A stretch of DNA of 38,246 bases from a virus (taxonomy: Duplodnaviria; Caudoviricetes): positions 1-38,246 of the IMG/VR virus record IMGVR_UViG_3300038315_000884, one strand, 5' to 3'. The position numbers and the translations under genes were made by a program. Of the stretch, positions 8,185-16,206 are shown one piece after another (position 1 is the first letter of the stretch; each line of letters opens with the position of its first letter). The notes under the pieces are model-generated. The model did not search any database. It was not told the origin of the DNA and was given only the letters and a program-made list of their open reading frames with translations.

Positions 8185-8379
8185 CTAAAAGTGCGGCGCA
8201 AGTTTATCCTGTACGCGCCGCCAAAAGTCTTTTTCTTCTCCGGTGCGGCAATCGTCGTACCTATCGGATGCATATTTGTCGGCATGCATTTCACCATGCC
8301 GTCGCATTAGCTGTGCGGCTATATCTGTGATTGTTTCGCCCTCACAATAGCGGGTGTAAAAGCCTTTGCCTCTTGCCAT
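8185..8379 (-). CDS. Small hypothetical protein in an IR-flanked unit
   Basis: 64 aa ORF with AGGTAGG RBS, bracketed by an IR pair. Confidence 0.7.
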   Translation of the reverse strand: MARGKGFYTRYCEGETITDIAAQLMRRHGEMHADKYASDRYDDCRTGEEKDFWRRVQDKLAPHF

Positions 8380-8504
8380 AACAACCTACCTTTCTAGGGC
8401 GGCTGTCGCGATACTGTATATGCTGCACACTCTAAAGGCTGGCCGTGTTAGGGGTTACAATGCATGAATTGTAAATTAGCCAACAATTCACAAGGTATAT
8501 GTTG

Positions 8505-8666
8505 TTAGGCGTTGTTAAGTCGCCCCCGCATAAGCTCAATTGCTTCTGCCGCCATGCGCAACTGTGTTTCGGCGGCGTTGGCTCCCTCATATTTGAAGTC
8601 GTCGCGGGCGAATTTAATGTGTCGGGATATCCGGCGCAGGCCGTCGTTGAAGTCTGTTTTAGTCAT
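8505..8666 (-). CDS. Small hypothetical protein in an IR-flanked unit, 53 aa
   Basis: Manual translation MTKTDFNDGLRRISRHIKFARDDFKYEGANAAETQLRMAAEAIELMRGRLNNA. Confidence 0.65.
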   Translation of the reverse strand: MTKTDFNDGLRRISRHIKFARDDFKYEGANAAETQLRMAAEAIELMRGRLNNA

Positions 8667-8738
8667 AACATCCAACCTTTCCGCCAGCCTTAAGGGTGTG
8701 CAGCGTGCTATGCAGTTAGACGGCGGCCCGGTTAGGGG

Positions 8739-8876
8739 TTAACTGTTGTTGTCGATCCAGTTTTGTGCGTCGGCTTGCGTGGGGAAACATGCGACGGCTA
8801 AAGATAAGCCAATGCGGGTCACCCACCGGATATCGTAGACTATGAAATAGTGCCGATATGGTTTTATTTCGTACAT
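8739..8876 (-). CDS. Small hypothetical protein in an IR-flanked unit, 45 aa
   Basis: Start MYEIKPY follows the GGAAGGTTGTT leader. Confidence 0.65.
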   Translation of the reverse strand: MYEIKPYRHYFIVYDIRWVTRIGLSLAVACFPTQADAQNWIDNNS

Positions 8877-8952
8877 AACAACCTTCCAATCTGGCCGCCA
8901 TCTAACTGCATAGCTACAATGCACTAAAAAGCCCGCTAAGTTTAGGGGAGGG

Positions 8953-9153
8953 TTATTCTATTTCGGCAAACTCTGGATTATAATGTAGTGCTTCAAGTGC
9001 AATGTCGAATAGTTCCTCATGGCGTACAAAATCACTATGATGTTTTGAATGGGTTGTAGTTCCGGGCTGGACTTTGCCGCGCCGGCCGAGAGCATTAACT
9101 GCTAAATCATGCTCTCGCCTGACGCGGCGTAAAAGTTTCTCGCGTTTAGTCAT
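8953..9153 (-). CDS. Small hypothetical protein in an IR-flanked unit, 66 aa
   Basis: Start MTKREKLL follows a leader nearly identical to that of 8739..8876. Confidence 0.65.
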   Translation of the reverse strand: MTKREKLLRRVRREHDLAVNALGRRGKVQPGTTTHSKHHSDFVRHEELFDIALEALHYNPEFAEIE

Positions 9154-9234
9154 AACAACCTTCCAATCTAGGCCGCCATTTAACTGCATAGCGTGCAAGG
9201 CTACTTAGTTGCGCCCGCCGTAGCGGGCTAGGGG

Positions 9235-9555
9235 TTATTGGGCTAGGCTTTCGTCAATTTCGTTGCCTAGGCCCCCATTGACGGCGCAGTAAACGAAACC
9301 GACGTCGTTTTCCCAGATATAGACCGTTTCGGCCCTATCTTCGACAAGCTCTGGGAAAAGCTCGCGGTCGGTCTTATCGACGGTAAACTTTTCAACCGCA
9401 GTATCGTTGTCGTAAATGGTTTCGCCACCACCGTCTAACACGAATCCCCAATAATAGGGCGTATAAACACGCTCGCCCTCGAATTTACCAGGCGACCGAA
9501 TTATTCCGGCCCTAATATCGTAGCCGTCTAAGATGTTATCTCTTGTCGTGCGCAT
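9235..9555 (-). CDS. Hypothetical protein in an IR-flanked unit, 106 aa
   Basis: MRTTRDN start with GGGAG RBS; SPGKFEGE..Y.PYYW...ENDVGFV motif. Confidence 0.75.
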   Translation of the reverse strand: MRTTRDNILDGYDIRAGIIRSPGKFEGERVYTPYYWGFVLDGGGETIYDNDTAVEKFTVDKTDRELFPELVEDRAETVYIWENDVGFVYCAVNGGLGNEIDESLAQ

Positions 9556-9633
9556 GTCATATCTCCCAGTTAAGGTGGACACAACAAAGCAGCCTTGCAT
9601 TTACTGTGCAGTTAAGTAGCGGCCGATTAGGGG

Positions 9634-9813
9634 CTAGTCGTTGTCAAAGCCCATTGAGATAAACCCGATACGCTTGCCGTCGTGTAGATTGGCGACTTGA
9701 ATGTATCCGCGCTCCGTTGTTTCCGGGTGAAAATAGTCGCGCCCGCCTTGGTGTACGAAACCCTCGTCCAGTAGGTCGGCATGGTATTGTCGCAAAAAAG
9801 GCTCTACGGTCAT
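9634..9813 (-). CDS. Small hypothetical protein in an IR-flanked unit, 59 aa
   Basis: Manual translation MTVEPFLRQYHADLLDEGFVHQGGRDYFHPETTERGYIQVANLHDGKRIGFISMGFDND; GAGGA RBS. Confidence 0.65.
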   Translation of the reverse strand: MTVEPFLRQYHADLLDEGFVHQGGRDYFHPETTERGYIQVANLHDGKRIGFISMGFDND

Positions 9814-9993
9814 TTCATCCTCACAATCCGGCCGCTGCTAAACTGCACAGCACCGTGACTATTGCCACGGCTGCGCCCGCCACCTCCGGGCGGGACTTGC
9901 GCTAGAAACCACGGGCCTAGACTTATTTTTCAGATCAGTACAATCCAGGCAATGCCATCGGCTGATCCGGGTAGGCGCGTACTAGTCAACAGC

Positions 9994-10021
9994 ACCATAC
10001 CACAACCACATACAGTGTCAA
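9994..10021 (-). promoter_or_regulatory. Putative sigma70 promoter of the leftward small-gene operon
   Basis: Minus strand reads TTGACA-16 nt-TATGGT with TG upstream of the -10 element. Confidence 0.5.
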
Positions 10022-10035
10022 GGACTAACTGACAT

Positions 10036-10051
10036 TTAATTGGCAATTAAC
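10036..10051. promoter_or_regulatory. CtrA-binding box
   Basis: TTAA-TTGGCAA-TTAAC matches the TTAA-N7-TTAAC consensus and lies between two divergent TTGACA elements. Confidence 0.65.
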
Positions 10052-10076
10052 GCTTGACATCGCCGCTGCCCCCATG

Positions 10077-10096
10077 TTAACGTGCAGGCACGTTAA
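10077..10096. promoter_or_regulatory. Perfect palindrome, possible operator
   Basis: TTAACGTGC-AG-GCACGTTAA overlaps the likely -10/+1 region of the rightward promoter. Confidence 0.5.
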
Positions 10097-10110
10097 ACGG
10101 AGGGAATGAC

Positions 10111-10449
10111 ATGCAGATTAAATGTGATAGGTGCCAAGGCAAGGGGACTGTAGGGTTTACAACGTACCAAGCCGGCATATGCTTTAAGTGTGGCGGCGTC
10201 GGCAAAATTGAAATTACAGCAGCCGCCTTCAAGGCAAGGGAGCGGCGAAAGGTCAAAGCAGCGGAAACAAAAGCAGCGCGCGATGTTACCGCCGCTACTC
10301 GCGCCGCCGCAAACGAGTTGGTGGTCCAGCAATACATTGATAACCCCGCAAATGTACCAGCGGGCATGATCGACAGTTATCAGCGCGGCCAATGGCAGCC
10401 GCTGTATTACTGGCTGGCTGATAATGCGCCGGAATGGCAGCACCCCTAA
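10111..10449 (+). CDS. Hypothetical protein with DnaJ-type CxxCxGxG zinc finger
   Basis: CDRCQGKG...CFKCGGVG; GGAGG RBS. Confidence 0.75.
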   Translation: MQIKCDRCQGKGTVGFTTYQAGICFKCGGVGKIEITAAAFKARERRKVKAAETKAARDVTAATRAAANELVVQQYIDNPANVPAGMIDSYQRGQWQPLYYWLADNAPEWQHP

Positions 10450-10471
10450 CAACGGTGCCATAGGCTTTAAC

Positions 10472-10500
10472 CGGGCTGCTTTCGAGCGGCCCTTCTCTTT
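10472..10500 (+). terminator. Possible intrinsic terminator
   Basis: GGGCTGCT-TTCG-AGCGGCCC followed by TTCTCTTT. Confidence 0.55.
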
Positions 10501-10521
10501 GCCCGAAAGGATACCAATGCA

Positions 10522-11031
10522 GTGAGCAGCTACAGGCTAACCGGCAAACAGCTAGCATTCGCGCAAGCTGTCATCGATGGCATGAATAACATCGATGCAT
10601 ATGAGGCTGCCGGTTATTCCATGCGCCAGGGCCGGGCAACAGCTATCGCCAATGCATGTAGGCTGCGAGCACATAGCAATGTTGCAGCATGGATAGACGC
10701 CAAACGGGCAGCAATCGAGGCAAAAGCGGTAACAATAGCGGGTTACACAAAGGATGTTGCGTTAACAAATGCGCTTGATGATCGCAAGCTGGCGCGCGAG
10801 CTAGGGCAGTCCGGCTCTGCGGTATCGGCAGGCAAGCTGGCGGCTGATCTATGCGGGCATCTGGTTGAACGGCATGAAACCAAGCTCGTGGGCGGCTGGG
10901 ACAGCGTGCTGGATAGCGTTGGGCAGTCAGCTAGGGGGTTGCCTACCCCGGATGCCAACGCGCCTGTAGCACCCCACCAGGCGGATGATGATGGTGTGCA
11001 CCGCAGCAATAAGGCAAGCAAGCTGCACTAA
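10522..11031 (+). CDS. terS: Terminase small subunit
   Basis: LTGKQLAFAQAVIDGMNNIDAYEAAGYS...A.RL....V; upstream of terL. Confidence 0.85.
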   Translation: MSSYRLTGKQLAFAQAVIDGMNNIDAYEAAGYSMRQGRATAIANACRLRAHSNVAAWIDAKRAAIEAKAVTIAGYTKDVALTNALDDRKLARELGQSGSAVSAGKLAADLCGHLVERHETKLVGGWDSVLDSVGQSARGLPTPDANAPVAPHQADDDGVHRSNKASKLH

Positions 11032-11065
11032 TATCAGCTAAGCCATTGATACTAGGGCACAAGAT

Positions 11066-11093
11066 AGTTTCCATAATGTAGTTTATGCGCATA
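11066..11093 (-). other. dif-like XerC/XerD recombination site (28 bp)
   Basis: Minus strand reads TATGCGCATAA-ACTACA-TTATGGAAACT, an 11-6-11 layout. The XerC arm resembles GGTGCGCATAA and the XerD arm TTATGGAA is alphaproteobacterial style. Confidence 0.75.
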
Positions 11094-11236
11094 GGGGCCT
11101 GGGATCGGCACAAAACCGGCCCTCCACCATCGCCGCAGGGATCGGGGGGCGGGGTACGTACGGCTATGGGGGGTTACCCACATATCTGGCTAAATTTTTT
11201 CTGGTATTTTTTTTGTGCTTACTTTAGAGTGCTAAT

Positions 11237-11713
11237 ATGCAACACACATTATGGCCTAGGGTAGTCGAGGATGCTCCGGAGGAGTCTGGGGAGTATTTCC
11301 GCAAGCGTGCGTTAGCGCGTGCTGGCGAATATTTTGTTGGATATTTGCTGTCCCGGGAGGGTTATGACTGTTGCTTTGCTGCTGAGGGGCTGAAGTATGA
11401 CTTAGTGGCAGATATTGGCGATAAACTGGTGCGTATTCAGGTTAAGTCTACTTCAGCGCCGTGTAAAAACAGGACAAAGCGGCGACGTAAGGTCTTATAT
11501 GAATTTCATTATCGTGCTGGGGCCAATAGAAGCTCATCTTTGCGTGGATATATAGGGCATATAGACCTGTTTGCATTTGTGGCTTTGGACCGGAATTCCG
11601 CATTATTTGTGTTGCCGGATAAGGTGGCGTGGTCATTTATGGCGGCCCCGGAGGAATTTACGCCGGAAAAGACATTATTATCGCTGGAATCTGCATTATC
11701 GGCCCTAAAATAA
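11237..11713 (+). CDS. PD-(D/E)XK endonuclease, homing-endonuclease-like
   Basis: GEYFV...YDLVAD...RIQVKST...Y..HIDLFAFV. Confidence 0.8.
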   Translation: MQHTLWPRVVEDAPEESGEYFRKRALARAGEYFVGYLLSREGYDCCFAAEGLKYDLVADIGDKLVRIQVKSTSAPCKNRTKRRRKVLYEFHYRAGANRSSSLRGYIGHIDLFAFVALDRNSALFVLPDKVAWSFMAAPEEFTPEKTLLSLESALSALK

Positions 11714-11764
11714 TTTTGTTATATTTCAGGTACTTAGTTAGAATCCGTATATACGGGAGTAACC

Positions 11765-13549
11765 ATGTCCACCCCTGCCTCTGAGCAGCCGATGTTGACA
11801 GCTATCTCTAGTGATGTTAATGATACTGGCGAGCCGTGTGTTGTGCTGGAGATAACGGGGTTTGACAGTATTACTGATGCGACTGCGTATGCGGAGATGT
11901 TTTTGCATGGAGATGGTGCGGTGTTTGAGCCGTTTGGGGGTAATGTGCATTAGGGGTTGATATGACAGAATCTGATATACTACAGGTTAAATTGGAATGT
12001 TTGCGGCAAGCGTTAAACAAGTCCAGTGATACTGTGCGGGAGTCCAAGGTGGCTGTGAGCACCAAGGCCGTTGTTGAGGATGCGGAGCAGTTTTGGGCGT
12101 TTGTTAGGCCGGTTGATGATTAAAGACGAATGACGGCATTTGAGTGCCTTGTGCTGGGGTATCTGGCATATTTGTGTGCAGTAGGCGGCAGTTTTGGCAA
12201 AACCAGTTGGGCGGTGGCCTTTTTTGCTGTCGGCTCGATCATGTGGTTTATGGCGGGGGCGGTTAAGACATGGACAGGCTAGCAGAGATACGTGCGGGAT
12301 GGACGGTGCAGGAGCCGCCTGAGGGCGAGACTGCCCTTGACCCTGACGTAGCCTACCTCCTCCGCATAGCCGAGGCGGCGCGGGGCTATATGAATACTGA
12401 TATGGGGGCAGGATATGACCGAGAGACTTCCGTTGAAAGGTGGGAAGCCCTCCGCGCAGCCCTTGAGGCCGAGGATGACTGACAACTTACGAGCCATTAT
12501 TGCACTGCGTGATATCCGGGATATCCTGGCCTCGAAGGCGTATGTGAAATGGCTGACCTGGTAGAGCGGCTGCGGAATATGCACGACTTTCCAAATTATG
12601 GTTTGCAGTCTGAGACCGCCGATGAGATAGAGCGGCTGCGGGCTGAGTTGAGAGGCACGCGAGCCGAATATCAGCATTCGGTAGGACAGCCTTTGTTTTG
12701 GCACAGCGGGCTTGCGCGAATGGTGACGGCAGAAGACTGGGCCGCAGCCGAAGAAGAGTGGAGGGGTCAATGACTGGCCTAAACATCCCCGCGCTGGTGC
12801 GGATGCAGGAGCGGAATAACTGGCTGAATGAGGCTATGGCTGTAAAGGGCAACACATTCGGCCCTGCCGGGCTTTTGGCCGACCCCAACCGCGATATGGG
12901 CCATTGGGGCAAGCGCAGCCCACCGCCGCTGGTGCGCGAGCCCAGTAGGGGTGGTAGTAAAGGTAAAACAGGGCATGAGGTTGCGCTGGACGGGTGTGAT
13001 CTTGGTTTCCACCCGAATTATCGCAAGAAGGTCTGGGGCTACTGATGGGGTGGTTATGGGTTATAGCGATAAGTCTATCGTTGCTGTATTGGGGTATCCC
13101 GGCGGCGGCTGACTTTGTGGCTTGGGCTGTGTTATGACCGCCTACCATGAGCCGGTTAAGCCTGTCGTTGTGGAGCCGCTAGTGGATAGGCTGCTTGAAA
13201 TTGCCAATAGCGGGGTTATCACGCTGGCAGGCCGGAATTCCTGCACTGAAGCTGTCTTTGCTTTGGAAGCCAAGGACGCCACGATAAACTACCTGCGGGG
13301 CCAGTTGTTGAAGGAAAAGACTTAGTGGAAGATGCCGACTACAAGGAAATTATTCGGGTGCTGGCTGATATCAGGTATGACATGGCTGACATGGCCGATG
13401 AGGTGCGGCGGCTTGCTACCAAAATGGGGTATGGGTATGGAGAAGATATTCCCAATGCCACCAAGGAGGATATCCGCAAACGCGAGATTGAGGTAGCCGT
13501 GCATCTGAAGCAGGACGACAACATAATTAAGTTGCCTGAAGTACCGTAA
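11765..13549 (+). other. Cluster of short hypothetical ORFs between terS and terL
   Basis: Consecutive, often coupled + strand ORFs, e.g. 11765-11953, 11962-12123, 12270-12482, 12549-12773 (MADLVERLR...ADEIERLR), 12770-13045 and 13325-13549. Confidence 0.6.
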
Positions 13550-16206
13550 TGGACGCCGCCCAGCAAGCCGCAGTAGACAAATTCAAGGACAAGGGGTGGC
13601 GGCTGAATAATTTATACACGATAACGGACAAGCACGGCAAGTCTGTCCCCTTCAGGATGAATTGGGGTCAGCAGCAACTCTTTGATAATATGACGCATTT
13701 GAGCATAATCTTGAAATGCCGTCAAGTCGGATTTTCTACATTCATTCAACTGTACATGCTGGATGAGTGCATATTCCACCCCGATGTGCGGGCCGGGGTT
13801 ATCGCCCACAGCCTGGAAGATGCTCAAGCGATATTCAGGGACAAGGTGAAGTATCCATATGACAATTTACCCGAGGGGTTGCGGGCGGCTAACCCCGCTA
13901 CAACTGATAGTGCCCGCCAGCTTTCTTTCAATAATAACAGTAGCTTACGGGTAGGCACTTCGTTGAGGTCGGGCACTTTTCAGTACCTTCACGTTTGTTT
14001 GGCCGGTGAAACGGGCGTTTACACCAAGAACGGCAAAGTCAAACCAATTCAAGATATAGTGCCGGGCGACCGGGTGCTGACCAGCAAAGGCTCGTATCGG
14101 CCTGTCAAGGCGCTGGTAAAAAACGACTTGGCCGAGCTTGGCTTCCGGATGCTTGAGTTTGATGTTTTTGGTTGGTACGAGCCGCTAAGGCTGACCGAAA
14201 ACCACCCGGTTATGACGCGGCAGCACAAGACAGGCAAGCCGGTGTGGAAGCCTGCGGGAGATGTGGTGCCGGGCGACTATTTGGCGTTTCCGGTCACGGA
14301 GCCCTGCAATAAGCTGCGTGGGCGCACACTGACCATCGGCAATAGACAGGTCGCGCCCGTATTCGATCTGGGCTGGCTGGCTGGGTTTTATCTGGCCGAG
14401 GGTACGACAAGACGACGGGCCGGTTACGACCCGACCGAGGTAACATTCTCGGTGGACAAGGACGAGGTTGAAAATCTTCGGGGCATACTTGAAAGCCTTT
14501 TGGATAACTTCGATCCGCCGATCCATAGAGATGCCCCGGCGATACGGGAATACGCTCACAAGGACAGCCGCACACGGGCGGTTAACGTCAATTCCCGCTC
14601 GATGGCGACTTGGCTGTACGACGAGTTTGGCGCAGTAGACGAAAAGCGTATCCCTGATAAGGTTTGGGGCTGGGGCGCGCCGTTTATACGGGGCCTGATA
14701 AAGGGGTATTTCGACGGGGATGGTAATTATACCGACCCTCATTCGGTTTCGGTTGTTTCCACACGGCGGCAGATGATAGACCAATTGCGGCGGCTGCTGG
14801 TTTCAATGCGGTACGGTGTGCCGTCTGTTACCCATGCGGATGCGGGCCTTAAATACGGCCGCAATTGCAAGGAGCAGTGGACGCTTAAACTATACGGGCC
14901 GGGCAACTGGAAATATCGTGAAGAGCACGGGCTTCCCTTCCCCGAGGTTAACACATGGGCGGGGAAATGGCGTATAAAGCACGGGCATCGTCCAGACGGA
15001 CGCAAGCGGTGGAGGCGCGGAAAAGACGTTTACTGGGCCAGGGTGAAAAGATGCGAGGAAATTAAACCCACTGAATATGTTTATGATATTGCGCTTGACG
15101 TAGCACCACATGACTTTGTAACAGTTAACGGCGTAGTCCATAATAGTGAATTCGGCAAAATTGCAGCGGCGTATCCTGAAAAAGCTAGAGAAATTAAGAC
15201 TGGTGCGTTTAATACAGTCCAGGCCGGGGAGTTAATCTGGGTTGAAAGCACGGCGGAAGGACAAGAGGGTGCATTCTATGACATGTGCGAGGTCGCTCAG
15301 GAGAAGGACCGGCAAGGGGTTAAGATCACGCCGCTTGACTTCAAATTTCATTTTTTTCCTTGGTGGAAGCACCCCGAGTATCGACTTGACGCTGGCGATC
15401 TTGTCATACCCAGCCCGATTGAGCGATATGTTGAGGGGCTGGGCGACGAGCATAACATCCACCTTGAAGACGACCAGGTAGCATGGTACGTCAAGAAGTC
15501 GGAGGTGCTGGGCAGTGATATCAAGCGGGAATTCCCCTCTACAGCGGCAGAGGCTTTCGAGGCGAGTATCGAGGGGGCATACTACGCAGATCAGATGGCA
15601 AGAGCGGATGGGGACGGGCGAATTACTAACGTGCCTCACGATTCGGCGGCCAAGGTCGAGGTCTGGCACGATCTTGGCATTGGCGACAGTACCGTGCAGT
15701 GGTATATCCAACGGGTTGGAAAAGAAATCCACGTCATAGACTATTATGAAAATTCTGGCGAGTCACTGGCCCACTACGTTAACAAGATATCAGACCTTGG
15801 CAAGCCTATCGAGGCCGGTGGAAGGGCTTTCGACTACGAAGCCTACGTCTTCCCCCATGATGTCAAGGCGAGAGAGCTTATCGCGGGGAAAACACGGGAA
15901 GAGACATTGCGGTCGCTTGGTATCAGTGCTAGTGTGATACCGCAGCACAAGGTGGAGGATGGAATTGAGGCGGTTAGAAACCTGTTGCCGAGATGCTGGC
16001 TCGATGCGTCTAAGTGCAGCGAGGGTATCAAGCATCTTAGGGCTTACCGGAAGGACTGGGACGAGGCCCACGGCACCTGGAAAAACAAGCCGAGGCATGA
16101 TGCATCTAGCCATGCTGCTGACGCCTTCCGCTACGGTGCAATGTTTAGAGGGCGGCGACCGCGTGATCCGAGTGTCAAGGTCTACCCGGAGCTCGGTAAA
16201 TACTAA
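13549..16206 (+). CDS. terL: Terminase large subunit containing an intein (about 502 aa after splicing)
   Basis: IILKCRQVGFST (Walker A), split Walker B LHV|SE, VESTAEG, nuclease WHDLGIGDS and C-terminal HDASSHAADAFRY. Confidence 0.95.
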   Translation: MDAAQQAAVDKFKDKGWRLNNLYTITDKHGKSVPFRMNWGQQQLFDNMTHLSIILKCRQVGFSTFIQLYMLDECIFHPDVRAGVIAHSLEDAQAIFRDKVKYPYDNLPEGLRAANPATTDSARQLSFNNNSSLRVGTSLRSGTFQYLHVCLAGETGVYTKNGKVKPIQDIVPGDRVLTSKGSYRPVKALVKNDLAELGFRMLEFDVFGWYEPLRLTENHPVMTRQHKTGKPVWKPAGDVVPGDYLAFPVTEPCNKLRGRTLTIGNRQVAPVFDLGWLAGFYLAEGTTRRRAGYDPTEVTFSVDKDEVENLRGILESLLDNFDPPIHRDAPAIREYAHKDSRTRAVNVNSRSMATWLYDEFGAVDEKRIPDKVWGWGAPFIRGLIKGYFDGDGNYTDPHSVSVVSTRRQMIDQLRRLLVSMRYGVPSVTHADAGLKYGRNCKEQWTLKLYGPGNWKYREEHGLPFPEVNTWAGKWRIKHGHRPDGRKRWRRGKDVYWARVKRCEEIKPTEYVYDIALDVAPHDFVTVNGVVHNSEFGKIAAAYPEKAREIKTGAFNTVQAGELIWVESTAEGQEGAFYDMCEVAQEKDRQGVKITPLDFKFHFFPWWKHPEYRLDAGDLVIPSPIERYVEGLGDEHNIHLEDDQVAWYVKKSEVLGSDIKREFPSTAAEAFEASIEGAYYADQMARADGDGRITNVPHDSAAKVEVWHDLGIGDSTVQWYIQRVGKEIHVIDYYENSGESLAHYVNKISDLGKPIEAGGRAFDYEAYVFPHDVKARELIAGKTREETLRSLGISASVIPQHKVEDGIEAVRNLLPRCWLDASKCSEGIKHLRAYRKDWDEAHGTWKNKPRHDASSHAADAFRYGAMFRGRRPRDPSVKVYPELGKY
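13996..15144 (+). mobile_element. Intein with LAGLIDADG homing endonuclease, 383 aa
   Basis: Starts CLAGET, block B LTENHP, LAGLIDADG motifs LAGFYLAEG and LIKGYFDGDG, ends VYDI...VVHN followed by Ser. Confidence 0.95.

Larger units (their letters stand above)
7879..9850 (-). repeat. Array of gene-flanking inverted repeats (one 22-25 bp pair per small gene) with a conserved TAA/TAG-CCCC-(T)AAC motif
   Basis: Pairs are 7879-7901/8125-8147, 8150-8174/8396-8420, 8421-8443/8683-8705, 8707-8728/8893-8914, 8916-8937 (degenerate)/9171-9192, 9193-9216/9577-9600 and 9604-9625/9829-9850. Confidence 0.9.

Noticed and set aside
7879-9850. CRISPR or TIGR-like guide array
   Set aside because: The repeats are inverted pairs that differ between units, spacing is irregular (about 200-400 bp), the intervening DNA is RBS-bearing ORFs, and no cas or Nop-domain gene is seen.
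7879-9850. Integron cassette array with attC sites
   Set aside because: The intergenic segments are not self-complementary attC hairpins with R''/R' boxes. Complementarity runs across genes, and there is no integron integrase in the window.
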